Assembly (NCBI RefSeq): GCF_036321535.1
Contig: NC_087438.1
Location: 13,394,001 to 13,458,000, forward strand
Origin: Camelus dromedarius
Taxonomy: Eukaryota
Direction of reading: 5' to 3'
Length of the DNA stretch: 64,000 nucleotides
The position numbers were made by a program, and so were the translations under genes. Below, piece after piece: positions 27,065-40,100 of the stretch. Positions within the stretch are counted from its first letter, which is position 1; each line of letters starts with the position of its first letter. The notes beneath the pieces were generated by a model. That model saw only the letters and a program-made list of their open reading frames with translations. It was not told where the DNA came from and made no database searches.

Positions 27065-27595
27065 ACTTTATCAGCCATGATGTTTTCAGGAGAAGATAAA
27101 TCACACAAGAGATTTTACACAGAGGGGATTTCATACAGCAAAATGGCTTTACGGGAAGTGGAGAACTTAGAGACCAAACAGAAAACTGGGCTGAGCCAGA
27201 GACAAGAAGTGATAAAAAGAGAGATGAGGGAAGAGGTGGTTTAGCAGAAGCCAGGAGTCCTACGTGAGGCCCTGTGCCTGGGGTGGGTGTTCAGATCTCT
27301 GAAATGGAGATACCTTTGTGCCCACAGTGAAGGATGACGGGGCTGATACTGGGAGTGGCGGAAGAAGCTGGAGATTGGAGCCGATTCTATTTTTTGGAGC
27401 GATGCTAATTTAAAAACAGAAAAAGAAGAAAGAAACATAAGTAAGTAAATAAATAAACAAACAGGAGGCAGTTTCCTCTCCCATCCTTCAGCCTTCTCTT
27501 CAAGGCTGCCGGTTGGACGTTGGCATGGGTGTCCAAACTGAGAAATGTAGTTCGTAAAGTCACAGCGCCAGCATCTCAGAGGAGAGCATAAAAGA
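27065..27595. mobile_element. Old LTR (LTR78-like), resumes at about 28738-28790 after an L1 insertion
   Basis: cagaggggatttcatacagc...gagaaatgtagttcgtaaagtcacagcgccagcatctcagaggagagcata, continuing cagattttaaagctgacaaacaat. Confidence 0.5.
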
Positions 27596-28730
27596 TCCAT
27601 CTCAGGTTTCTATCAGTTCTGTCAGCCAAGCAGCTGCTGTGAACTCCTCTGAGCTTCAGAGTTTCCCCTTCCATCCTCTTTCCATTGGAGAGGAGAGGAG
27701 GCATCCTGCGTAAAGAGAGCTATTCCTACTTTGTTGCTTTCTCCCCACGGGATAGGTACCGCACTGATTTCCTTTCATATATTTTCTTCTTCTTTTTTTT
27801 CCCTCCTACCAGATTTTGTGAGGAATCTTCTTGTGTTTTGAAGTAGATGAGGTTGTGCCAAAGTTCAGCAGGTGTTCTGAGTGAATGGGTGGGTCCATGG
27901 ATGTCCCTCTTGGCGTATTCACGGGAGAGGGTGAGCTAAGGGCATCCTTCTACTCTGCCATCTTGGTCCTCCCTCTGCTGGAGGGCATGTGGAGAAAAGG
28001 GAACCCTCCTACGCTGGGGGGTGGGATGTAGTCTGGTGCAGCCATTATGGAAAGTAGTATGGAGATTCCTCAAAAAACTAAAAATAGACTTGTCATGTGA
28101 TCCAACAATCCCAATCCTGGGCATATATTCAGAGGGAACTCTAATTTGAAAAGATACATGCACCCCAATGTTCATAGCAGCACTATATACAACAGCCAAG
28201 ACGTGGAAGCAACCTAAATATCCATTGACAGATGACTAGATAAGAATTTGTGGTATATTTATACAATAGAATACTACTCAGTGATAAAATAAATAAATAA
28301 AATAATTTCATTTGCAGCAACATGGATGGACCTGGAGATCATCATTCTAAGTGAAGTAAGCCAGTAAGAGAAAGAAAAATACTGTATGATATCACTCATA
28401 TGTGGTATCTAAGAAAGGAAGACACGAATGAACACATCTGTAAAACAAAAACAGACTCGCAGACATAGTAAGCAATTAATGGTTACTAGGAGGAAGAGGG
28501 TGGGAAGGGATAAATTTGGGTTTTTGACATTTGCAAATGATAGCCACTATACATAAAAATAGGAAAAAAATTTCTTCTGTTTAGCACAGGGAACTATATT
28601 CAATATCTTGTAATAACTTTTAATGAAAACGAATATGAAAACAAACATTCATATAAATATACGTGACTGGGACGTTATACTGCACACCAGAAATTAACAC
28701 ATTGTAACTGATTGTATGTCAATAAAACTT
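27596..28730 (+). mobile_element. Young L1: inverted 5' UTR start (27596-27975, minus) joined to sense 3' end (27976-28730)
   Basis: Minus strand reads GAGGGAGGACCAAGATGGCAGAGTAGAAGG (L1 5' terminus with YY1-type CAAGATGGC); plus strand reads tgctggagggcatgtggagaaaaggg...attgtaactg...aataaa; flanking repeat taaaaga at 27589-27595 and 28731-28737. Confidence 0.88.
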
Positions 28731-29787
28731 TAAAAGACAGATTTTAAAGCTGACAAACAATGAGAAATCGATCAGCAAATTTCCTAACTACCAAATAATT
28801 TTCAGGGGATTTTAATCCATTATTTTATGTGGAATATTTACTGAGGTTTCTATGTTTCTTTATGAAAACTAATTAACTTCAAGGTTATGTTGCCAATTTT
28901 TTTTTCTGATGAGAAACACAACTGAACAGTAATATAAATTGATGTTTTCCCAGGAATGATAGCTTTTTTTAGAATTTATTATTAATGTAGAATAAATACT
29001 TTTGTATGGAGGAATGATTTTATTCCATTTATTTAAGTTGGAGACCAAATCTAATGAGAGTGTTCAGTCTGGTTTGGAATATGTCCTCTGACATTTCTGT
29101 ATCCTTTTTTTTTTTGTTATATCCTCAGTAAAATATATAGCTTTTTTCATTTCACCTTCTCCTTTACCAGGAGTAAGGCTTGTAGAATGAATAAATAAGG
29201 TAGCCTTAAATGAAAAATTTCCTCTGGTGTAGTCTGCTCTTAACATTTTGCTTCAGCTTATGTGTGATTGATCATGTTGATATTTTAAAATCTAGCATGA
29301 AGAATAGTCTTATGAATGCCTTTTATTCATGAAAAGAAAAAAAATAGAAAAAGAAAAAGGAGATTCTATTTTTCTCTTGTCCTGACTCTACTGCCATTGT
29401 TCACTTGTATAAAGCAAAGCAGTCTTACCTTCAGAGATACTTTGCAAATCTCAACATCTGCTTAAAAATTATTTTTAGCAAGGTAATGTTTCCAATTTTG
29501 GATGAAATGTTTTTAATTCAGTGGCAAAAATCAACGTATAAATTGAACACACACATGAAAAATCAAACTAACTTTTTCTGTGCTTTTGTTACAAACTTTG
29601 TTGAAGACTCAGGCAATATTCCTGAGTATTTTTAAAAAATTTTTGAGAAGCTGAAATGTTAATAAGTCTTTGACTGCAGTTCAACATTTATGTCTATCAT
29701 TGTCATTGATGTTACTTGGATCATGCAACAGAGATAATTGCTTGTATGTATTATCTAACACTAATTTATACTTAAAAAGTTGATTGC

Positions 29788-30276
29788 TTTTTTATTGAAG
29801 TATAATTGATTCACAAAGTTATATTAGTTTCAGGTGTACAGCACAGTAATTCAGCATTTTTATAGTTTATACTTCATTTAAAGTTATTATAAGGTAATGG
29901 TTATAGTTCCCTATTATATAATATATCCTTGTTGTTTATCTGTTTTATACATAGTAGTTTGTATCTCTTAATTCCACACCCTTAAGGTGCCCCTCTCTTC
30001 TTCCCTCTTTCCACTGGTAACCACAAGTTTGTTTTCTATGTCTATGAGTCTGCTTTTGTTTTGCTATAATGCTTCATTTGTATTATTTTTTTAGATTCCA
30101 CATATAAGTGATATCATATGATATTTGTCTTTCTCTGTCTGACATTTCACTAAGCATAATATTCTCTAGGTCCATCCACATTGCTGCGAATGTCCATACT
30201 ACCCACATCAACCTACAGATTTAATGCAATCTTTAGCAAAATACTCATGACATTTTTCACAGAACTAGAACAAATA
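29788..30276 (-). mobile_element. Cetartiodactyl-type L1 3' end with 5' inversion (about 30192-30276 on +)
   Basis: tttttattgaagtataattgattcac...tccatccacattgctgcgaatg, then sense ORF2 tccatactaccc...tacagatttaatgcaatc...ttcacagaactagaacaaa; TSD tgattgc at 29781-29787 and 30277-30283. Confidence 0.9.
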
Positions 30277-30307
30277 TGATTGCATTTGAACATTTCCTGG
30301 GACTCTG

Positions 30308-30682
30308 TATTATAGGCTGAGTATTTGTGTTCTCCCAAATCCATATGTTGAAGCCCTAATTAGCAGTGTGACTCTATTTGGAGATGCGGCCCCTATGGAA
30401 GTAATTAAGGTTAAATGAGGACACAGAGGTGAGGCCCTCAAGCTGTTGGATCCGTGTCTCTCTCTTTCTCTTTCCCCTCCCACAAGAAATACAGAGGAAA
30501 GACCTTGTGGAGTCATTGAGAAAACAGCCACCTAGAAGTCAGGAAGAGAGCTCTCATCAAAAACAGAATAAAGACACTTTAATTGTGTACTTCTAGCCTC
30601 CAAAATTGTGAGAAAAAATGTCTGTGGTTTCAGCCACTTAGTTTATAATATTTTGTTACTGCAGCCCAAGCGGACTAACACA
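30308..30682 (+). mobile_element. MLT1A/B-like solo LTR
   Basis: ccaaatccatatgttgaagccctaa...gtaattaaggttaaatgagg...gcagcccaagcggactaacaca. Confidence 0.88.
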
Positions 30683-31129
30683 CTGAAGAACACAAAACAG
30701 GGACATTACATAGATGCAATGCCACGCTGCACTTTGTAAACTTAAGGAATGCATCCGTATCTGTATACTTTATGAAAGGAGAATCTAGAATTGTGTATTC
30801 ACCTCTGTGAATTCGACCATGAGACAATGAGCTTGTCGCCCTGCATTTCTGTAACAGTTTCTGGTGCTCAACTCACAATAGCCTATATTGAAAGATACAG
30901 TCAGGTACAATGCCACTGTGTGATCTTAGGTAGAGAATATTCTGAGAAAAGTAACATGCTTTAAAAATTTTTATTTTTAGTTGATTCTTGAGATTGAGTT
31001 TGTGATTTGGTTACATGGAATTTTGATATATCATTAAATATATTTGATAAAACATATTCAATGCATATAAAAAAAGTAAATGTTTAATATTAAAATTTAA
31101 ATAATCTCCGAACAATCACTTGGGAAAAG

Positions 31130-31760
31130 GAAAACAATCAATAGTAATAGAATTTTATGAGCACATAGTTCCTATAATAAAAATGCAAATGGAAATGAAC
31201 ATATGAAATTATTTCAAATATTATTATGAAATTAATAAAAAGTCAGCTATAATAAAAGCTATTATTTTTTTCACCCATTGCTTTATCAAAAGATAAATAA
31301 TACATGATTCTGACAAAGTTATGACAAGTGAATATTTACTTATTTATGGTAAAAATATACATTAGAAGAACATCATTGTAAAGTAATTGAGCAGTGGTTA
31401 TGGTGTCTTACAATGTGGTCATACTTGACCAAGGTTTTTGTTTTTAGAAATACATTCTTTGGAAATAATTGAATGTTTGCAGAAATATAATGTAACATGG
31501 TTAATTACTTATTGATTGAAAACTAGAATGACTGACATGACTATCAAGGGAAGAGTGAACTTCATAAAATGGAAAAATACTTAGCCATTAAAAAATTAAG
31601 TATACTTGTATATACTGTTCTATAAATATCATGAAGATGTATTTCAAATAAAAAATACAAAATTATACGCATGGTATAATGTTATCTATATGTTCAATTA
31701 TTTATGTGTATATGAACAAATTGAATGCATTCAAAAGATGTGAAAAAATGGTTTTGGTTT
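31130..31760 (+). mobile_element. Old L1ME 3' fragment
   Basis: aaatgcaaatggaaatgaacatatgaaa...aatacttagccattaaaaa; highly diverged. Confidence 0.55.
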
Positions 31761-32309
31761 TCAATAGATTCAGAATAGAGTTTATTCACTGAAATGTGGT
31801 CCCCTAGTACTTGTTAAAATTAACAAATAAATGAAGTAGAATTTAAGATTTAAAAACTAGCAAGGTGAATGTCACATATTTTAAACTTCACAAGATGAAA
31901 ATTAAGATCAGAAATGGAATTAAGGAAAGCCTAATTTTGTCCTTCCTCCACCCTCCACTCAAAATAAGATACTGGAGTGATGTGTTCATCTTGAAAATCG
32001 TCACAAATGACACCAAACTGTTGAGAAGCTACCGCAGAGGGCATTTTTCTTTTCCATCTGTGACTAGCAGAGAGTGAAAATGACTGTGGATGAGTTTTGT
32101 ACTGACTGACAGTCCCATAAGGGGTTGAAATTTTCTGATAAAAGCATGAACTCCAGGAATTTTAGATGAATTATGGAACTACATCAATTAACTTATTGAA
32201 AGATTATTTAATGAATATACATTATATATACATTATTAATACATTGAATTTTTAAGATAGCCCATTCATGGAATTAGGTTTCTTTGTTTCATGTGGTGAA
32301 TCCTTCAAA

Positions 32310-32445
32310 GATTTTGCTATTCAAAGTTTGATTTTTCTGATCAAGAACACTGGCATCACCTAAGAGCTTATAACAGATGTTGAATCATGGGCACCCTTTC
32401 ACATTTTAGCAAGATCCCCATGTAGTTCCTGTGGCACTGATATTA
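32310..32445. mobile_element. MER5A-like DNA transposon remnant
   Basis: gctattcaaagtttg...ggcatcacctaagagctt...cattttagcaagatcccca. Confidence 0.65.
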
Positions 32446-32559
32446 TTTTAAATGACTTTCAATATTATATGCTATCTTAGGCACCAGTTCTGTTAAGAAC
32501 GCCTACAGAAAGCTGAGCTGCCCCCTTTCATTCACACACTCATCTAAACAACACAAGTC

Positions 32560-33950
32560 AACAAGCATTATTTTCAGGAGTGGGGAGGGGAAATAGGATT
32601 TAAGTGAAGGAAAAGGGAGAAAGAAGAATTATGTCAACTTCTATAAAAATATCATATTTGCAAGATGAAAAGAAAGGTTTGACAGCAATGTAAACATTAA
32701 GATTATCATGAATTAAAGAATAAATTTTGCAAAAAAAGGTGACTGCCTTAGCCAAGATGAAATTACCAAATGAATAGAAGAAAATGATCCACAAGTGACT
32801 TGTAAGTATTTAATACAAACAGTAATTTATGAAACAAAAGTGTAGAAACTTGGTGGCAGTACAGCACAGTAGGATGAACATGGGAAATAGAGAGCCGTGG
32901 AAACAAATTGAAAAATGAAATTACAACAATGCAGAAATAATAAATGTATTCTACATAGCACACAACAGAGCAGATGTGGTTGAAAATGGAATTACTGACA
33001 TAGTAGAGAAAAGACTTATTAAAATTATCTGAATGCAGAGGAAAAAAGTCCAAGGTCAAAGCAATTAGAAAAATCACAATAGGTGTACCAACATCAGAAT
33101 TACTTTTATCTGCAATGTAGAAAATCCAGTAGAATCTAAAAAAAAAATTCATCTAAAATGGATGGAAATTTTCCCAGAAATGAAGTTTTAAATGTATCTA
33201 CAGAACAACAGAATACACAGTGCTCCAGACAACAGTTGCAGAAGAATTTTTTTTCCCCAGAAATAGCTTGGTAATGTCATCAAAACTGAAGAACTAAATA
33301 ATTTCACAGATGCAAGGAAGAAATGAAGGTTATGATATAGTGTAGCCTTAGACTTACCCATGGAAGTGCTCAATGGCAGGAAATAATAGCACGATAGCTA
33401 TGGAATTCTAAAGGAAATAAAAGGAAGTGGTACTGAAGACCCATATATCCAGGTAAGTCGTCATTTCAAGCATGAAAATACTAGGCAGTCACTTGTATAT
33501 CAAAACAAGAAATAAAAGGAAATAAACCATCAGTAGATCTTTCTGAGAAAAGAGAAAAAAAAAGCAGGGAGACAAACACAACATGTTTTTGACTATTAAG
33601 CCAGTCAAGTAACAGATGAAGAAAGGAATTATGAAAATGTAAACCAAATATAGACTTAACATCCATGGCAATAAAACTTTAAATAAAAGTGCACATTTTC
33701 TGTACATCAGTAATGAAGGCTTGGGGTATGAAAAAATGTCCATATTTCAAATTGAAATAATTAAAACCTCCAACCTCTCAATATTTTTCACATCTTTTCC
33801 TAAAATTTTGAGATACCTTAAGGAATACAGATCCCTTAAAAAGAACAAATATACAAATATTTATACAAATACAATTCTAAACATTTAATTTGCTTTCTTT
33901 TTCTTTTTAGATTCAACTAAAACAAACACAATTTCTATTAAAAGAATAAT
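32560..33950 (+). mobile_element. HAL1 or very old L1 ORF1-like remnant
   Basis: A-rich stretch with ORF1-like landmarks (gaaaatggaattactgacatag, aaattttcccagaaatgaag, ccttagacttaccc, atatccaggtaagtcgtcatt); all frames broken. Confidence 0.5.
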
Positions 33951-34504
33951 TTATAGTATGACCCCAGTTTTAAATAAAACATCTTCCTTTCTTCTTTTTC
34001 TTTTTTTCTTTCCTTTTTATTTTTTGATTTCTTGCTTTTACTCTATTTTTTTTCATTCTATTTCTTTCTGTTTTCTAAAAGTATAGTAAATCATCCAGAA
34101 TGCTCTTTACTTAATAGTTAAAATGTAATTTCAGACTCTCTATTGTGTATTTAAAGTTGTTCTTGGCATGTTTTCTATGTTGCTTATTTTTTAAAACAAA
34201 GCAGTCATTATTAAGACAAAACAGATCTAAAAGAATCCACATCAAAATTAAAATATCACTTTTCAGTTGAGGAACTTGGACAAAATGTAGGCATAAAGCA
34301 TGAAGAAAGAATTTTAAATTAGTACTTCATAATATTTCTACTACTTCAACACAATGATTGCTAGCATAAAGTATTCATTACTAACAAGTTGTTATTTGTT
34401 ATTAATGATATGAAGGTGTTTTTTAATCTTTGCATTTCATGAAATTGTCTATTCCCCTACAGAGACTGTCAGGAACACCAGATGATTATACAAAGCTCGA
34501 TATT

Positions 34505-34547
34505 TGTTTATGTTTTTGTTTTTGTTTTGTTTTTTGTTTTGTTTTTA
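34505..34547. repeat. (TTTTG)n-type simple repeat
   Basis: tgtttttgtttttgttttgttttttgttttgttttt. Confidence 0.85.
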
Positions 34548-36679
34548 AATAGTAAGCCAAGGAGGACACCATCTAATGGAGTTATCTGTCTTAGTTGGAG
34601 AAAGTTAGGGAAGAGTCGGCAAAGAAAATGAATTGATCGTATTTCCATAGATTTGTAAATCAGGCAAGTTGCTAGGACTGTCAGAAGTCCTTGACATATT
34701 TGAATTAGAACCAAATTGCAGTCGATTTATATTAAAACGGGTGTTTGTGTGTGGTCTTACTTGGGCTCTGAACAGGATGTTTACACCAGAATACAGTTTA
34801 CAGTGAAATAATTTATATCATTCTCCATCAACAGAAAGAGCTGATTTGTTGAGAATCATGGTGGTTTGTTTTGCAAATTATGGTTTCTGTACACTTCTCA
34901 GTCTAGCATGTATTTAATCTTTTATCTCATATCCTAGATTATCTCTGTTGAATATCTTAATTATGAAAGAGAGAGCAGGTAACAACTGTCTTATCTTCTG
35001 GCCCTTTTAAATTACTGTGTTTTTCTTAAGCCAAAATTACTTGTAAGATATCTCTTTGTTGAGCAAGATATTGCAGAAAAGAAAATAGTAAAGTAAAATA
35101 TATTCTCTGAAATATTCTCAAATTATAGTCAGATAATTATATTTCATTGAATTGGAATGAACTTTTGCTGAGTAGTGGAGAAAACATACCACTTTGTTTT
35201 TGTCTTTAAAGAACTCGATGTAACAGATATACTGGTTTCCCCCTCCTTGTGCTTTGAATACATTTTTTTCTAACTTCACTATTTTATATAATCCTAAACA
35301 AACAGTTGCTTCAAGAGAAATACACATTCATATTATCTTTTTATTAACCTAGAGGCTCAAACTAATGCTAAAAGGAAGCAGGCAATTTAAGTCTTCAGCT
35401 GTCCTTGGACACTTTTCTCGTGGTGTTATAGGAAAATACAATCATATGAAATGTATATATTATTTAAATAAGAAGGAAGTGACTTTTGTCATATTTAACT
35501 TTTGTCTAAAAATAAAATTCTATTATGTATGTTTTACTTGGATTTCAGGTTAGTTTCTTTATTAAAGGGGTTAATTGTAATTATTGAAGACTGATTTTTT
35601 AAAATTTTACAAAACCAAATAAATGCAACTATTATTTGGTAATGTATCTAATCCTTTGTAAAGAAAAATGATTCTTTCTTATAAAAGTTAGATAAATATT
35701 GTTTTGAGTATGTTATTTATCTTGACTCAGTTGAGCTCTTGTAAGAAGAATCTATAGCTTAGTAAATAGATACATTTTTATTCAACCATGAAGCAAACTA
35801 TTTATTTTAGTTTAGATATCTGTTTCACAGCCCTCTTGCTACCAACGAAACATTCTTATGCAAGCATGCACATTTAAATAAAGGCAATTTGGAGGTGATG
35901 CAAATCATTGTGCAGAATGGATGCCACTTTGTTACACACGAGGTATACCCATGGCTAGTTTGTATATCTAGAATTGTGCCAGTCCCCAAGGTGCTTTACA
36001 AGACAAGTGGCTTACAAGATGAAGAAGATAGTCACTAACTTATGATCTCACAATCATCCACATTTATCCCTCCATTTTCTCACACTTCTTTTCCCTTCTT
36101 TTTTCATCTTATCCTTTTTATTTTCTCCTTATTCCCTTCCTTATCTGTCAGTCTTTCTTACTGCATCAAATATAAATTGACTTACCATTGAAGTAGTAAC
36201 AAAAGAAAATGGATATTTTCCTTATTAAGTGCAAAGCAACAAAATGGCTTATTTGAAGTCAGGTAAAGCTGAGAAATTATTTTTCTCTTCTAACTGGTAT
36301 CATCTGTCCTTATTTTTCTGCAGGTGTGATCCTTTAATTCTTACAACACACACTCTTAACTGAGCACAGGAGAGACAGTTAATTCCATGATATTTGAATA
36401 GGTCTAGTGGGAAATTAGGAGATCTGAAGCTGTTATTTGCAAAGTTTCAATAGCAGACTCAGATTAGCTCCAAGAATTCACAGTAAAACCTTAGCAATGC
36501 TTTTAGCTGATTCTGTAAGAATTGTATATGTATACGTTTTTTTCCCTCACCCAGTGTATCAGCTCTCTGTGGAAATCTTACATGTCATGTTCATATTTCC
36601 CAAATGACTAGTACAGAACCTGAAATATAACAAAAATATGTTTGTGTGTGTATATATACATAATGTATATAATATATAA

Positions 36680-37126
36680 TAAAGAATAAAATAATACCAT
36701 TTGCAGCAACATGGACCTAGAGATTGTCATACTAAGTGAAATAAGTCAGATGGAGAAAGACAAATATCATATGATATCACTTATATGTGGAATCAAAAAA
36801 AAAAAATGATACAAATGAACTTATTATAAAACAGAAACAAACTCACAGACATAGAAAATAAACTTATGGTTACCAAAGGGGAAGGTGGAGGGGAGGGATA
36901 AATTAGGAGTTTGGGATTAACAGATACAAACTACTATATATAAAATAGATGAAAACAAGATCCTACTGAATAGCACACAGGGAATTATATTCAATATCTT
37001 ATAATAACCTATAACGAAAAAATATGAAGAAAGAATATATATATATGTATAACTGAATCACTGTGCAGAAACTAACACAACATTGTAAATCAACAATACT
37101 TAACTTTAAAAAAAAGAAATTAAAAA
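36680..37126 (+). mobile_element. Cetartiodactyl-type L1 3' end, 5'-truncated, with A-rich tail
   Basis: aataccatttgcagcaacatggacctagagattgtc...ggagtttgggattaacagatac...attgtaaatcaacaatactt followed by an A-rich tail. Confidence 0.92.
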
Positions 37127-40100
37127 AGACAACCTTAAAATACTTAAGGAAAGTACTTAGAATATTCCTGAATTTGAGCATTTAAGATACATAGCTTGTT
37201 TCAAATTGACTCTGTGTTTTCTCAAGATGTTTTTACTATATTTATATTATTATCATCTTTTCAGCTAGCATCTTCAAGATGTTTAGACATCATTCAAAAG
37301 TTAAATATATTCAGGAACCAAAGCATTACCCTCTCAGGTACATCTTTAAATGTAACATCTCATTATCACTGATTCAATACACTTAAGTATATTTTACGGG
37401 ACCAAAGAGGGGAAGTTTATCACTTAAACTCTCACTCTGGTAAAGCCTGAGTGACAGGATTATGTGGCATTGAAAATATTTTATTCATTCCTTTATTCAT
37501 TTGCTCATTCACTTAATTTTTTTATTCATTTAAATGTGGACAGTGGAGTCTTTATCATATACTAGCATACTTTTGCTAGTCGAATGACAGCAAACGGGCA
37601 GGCATTCTTTTTGTTTTGTAAAGTAGAAATTTGGACCTTTTCAGAACTGTTTTTATTTTTTAGATAACATTATTTAGAAATCAGTTTTGTATTTGACACT
37701 GTCCTTTGCAGTAGCATAGGGAAATAGAGAGACATGGAAAGACACATCTAACATCCAGAGGACTCCCTTCTATAAGCTTCTCTCTGTGCTAAAACCAGCC
37801 TCCCTTGGGAAGATTCTGGCTTTGTATTAAGCTTAAGTCATTAACCCAGATTGCTTCCTTACAGATTCACCTTGATTGGCATAACATTATCCTCTCTAAC
37901 AAGTCTTTAATTTCTAGAGAAGAAGGAGCCAGTTTTCTGAGAGTTCTGAGCATATTTATAGCTTATATTCCAAGCTATGGGGTTGGCATTGCCTGGGTCT
38001 TTGGGGGTGGCATTATCAACATGTTCACTAAATTTCTTCCTGTTTCTCATCCTACCTCTGCATAGCTAGAGGTGCCTCAAAATAATCTTTTAGACATAAA
38101 AGCAGTTTGCTGCATATGCTTTAAAGTTTTCAGGTTTGTGTATATAAAGGCTGGCATGTTAAATCACCCCCCATAGGTATTTGAGACATACCTATGATCT
38201 CAAACGCGGTTGTCAACTTGTGAAACACGCTACTAAAGACCCACGGACTGAAATGAAAAAGGCCTTTGCAAAGAAACAAAATACTACATTGTAAATTAAG
38301 ATATCTCTTATAAGCATAATTATATATTACATATTTTACATTTATTATTAATATGTATTATAATGACTCTCTATAGTTGATCGTATTAACATTTCCCTCT
38401 TTTACTCAAAACTCATCACGTCAGTTTTACCAAATGCAATAGAAAATAAACATAAATTAAGAAAAGTAAAAAAAAAAAATCCTTAGAAAGTTTATGTGAT
38501 TTGATCAACATGCCTCCTCTAAGAGGAGAATACAAGTTTTCTGAGATTTAGGTTTGATTTGAAAGAAGTCTCATTAAAAATATGCAAGGAAACATAGTAA
38601 GGTTTACATGTATAATTGCCACCAATTGGCCTTTTAATCAGTATCTTTGATGATGTCATGCCACTGAATATTAACTAGAATCACAAGAGAAGTTTGATGC
38701 TGAAGAAATCCTTCTCATAACCATGCTGTACCCCAAATCATCAGGACAAATAATTGTCACCAACTGTAGGCTGATGATCAGAATTGTAGTAATGAAAGCA
38801 TGAGATAGTTAACACATTTATATATTCCAGATGAAATATGGCAATATTTATAAAGTTAATATATGTTCAATATGTTCTACTTTATAAGAAATTTTCTAAT
38901 GTGTACGTAATAAAATAGATATTAATTAAGTAGTCATGGCACTATAATTTGGGGTTCAATGAAAATATTCTGTCATCTCTTTTGGCTGATAGAGCAGCTT
39001 GAGAAAGTCACATTGTAGGTGAAGCAATGACAAATAAGGCCTTTTATGAAATTTTGGTTAATTTAAAACTCTGTATTAAAAGACTACTCTGAATCAGGCA
39101 TTTAGCTAGTTTTACAGTGATCAGGGCCCAATTCCTATATTCCAATAGTTTTGGAAACTTGGTAATCTGTAAACATGGAACACAGAAGTACAGCATGGAA
39201 GTGATACTTTGTGTAGATGTCCATTGATTTGAAATGTAGGATTGTTTAGGCAGTCACATATTTCACATATCAAGTTAAAGCAGTTAGCAAAGATTCACTT
39301 TTTATTTCCATTTGTACATTTTAAATGATGAGCAAGTTTTTGGAAACTATGCAAATTTATAAAAATAACATTCAAACTTGAGAAATGTCATGTATTTGTC
39401 TTATGCAGTCTTATGTCTTTTTCACATGGCCTTTGAAAAAGTCTAAGATAGTAAGAAAGGATACCTTTGTCTTCATTTTATAAACAGACATTTGGCACAC
39501 TCTAGTCTCTTTTCCTTCTATTTGCTCTTGAAAAAGAACTTTAATGATCTATCTTGATCTTACTAATTTCTCAGTCACTTGTAAGTTTGATCTTGCTTTT
39601 TCCCTCCTTCCCATTTTGTTGAAAATGTACTTTTTCAGGTAAGTTTCACAGATCTTTTTAATAAGTCCAAATAAAACTTTTAAATTCTCATAAATTTTAC
39701 TTTCATTCTATAGTTAATACTTTGGGTCATTTAGTTATAAATTCTTCTTTCAAATATTTGTTAATTTAAATACAAATATGATCTTTTAATTCAGAGAAAA
39801 AGAGTGAACTTGTGAGACTTAAGACGTGATGAAGCAAACAGAAGGTGACTTTTCATAGAAGTGCTTATCTTTGAAGATTTCAATTGCCCTGAGGGCCAAC
39901 ATAAGTGCCATATGGTACATTACAGTATTTGCACACAGGAAAAATATGTTAGGTTCTCTATCAATGTGCACTGAAAGAAGGATAAAAGGGAGGGAAAGAT
40001 TTTAGGAAGAGCAGTAAAGGGAACTCTGAAAATATTCTCCTTTATAAAAGAAAAAAAAAAATCTGGCAAACACTATCACAGTCAAATTGGCAGAATTCAA

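Noticed and set aside
32763..33152. Longest ORF in the track (129 aa)
   Set aside because: F/I/Y-rich antisense reading of an A-rich HAL1/L1-like remnant
18480..36330. Isolated acceptor-like sites (near 18497 gtttcag, 34461 ccctacag, 36322 ttctgcag) as exons
   Set aside because: No matching donor with a recognisable open frame; such motifs are common in AT-rich DNA
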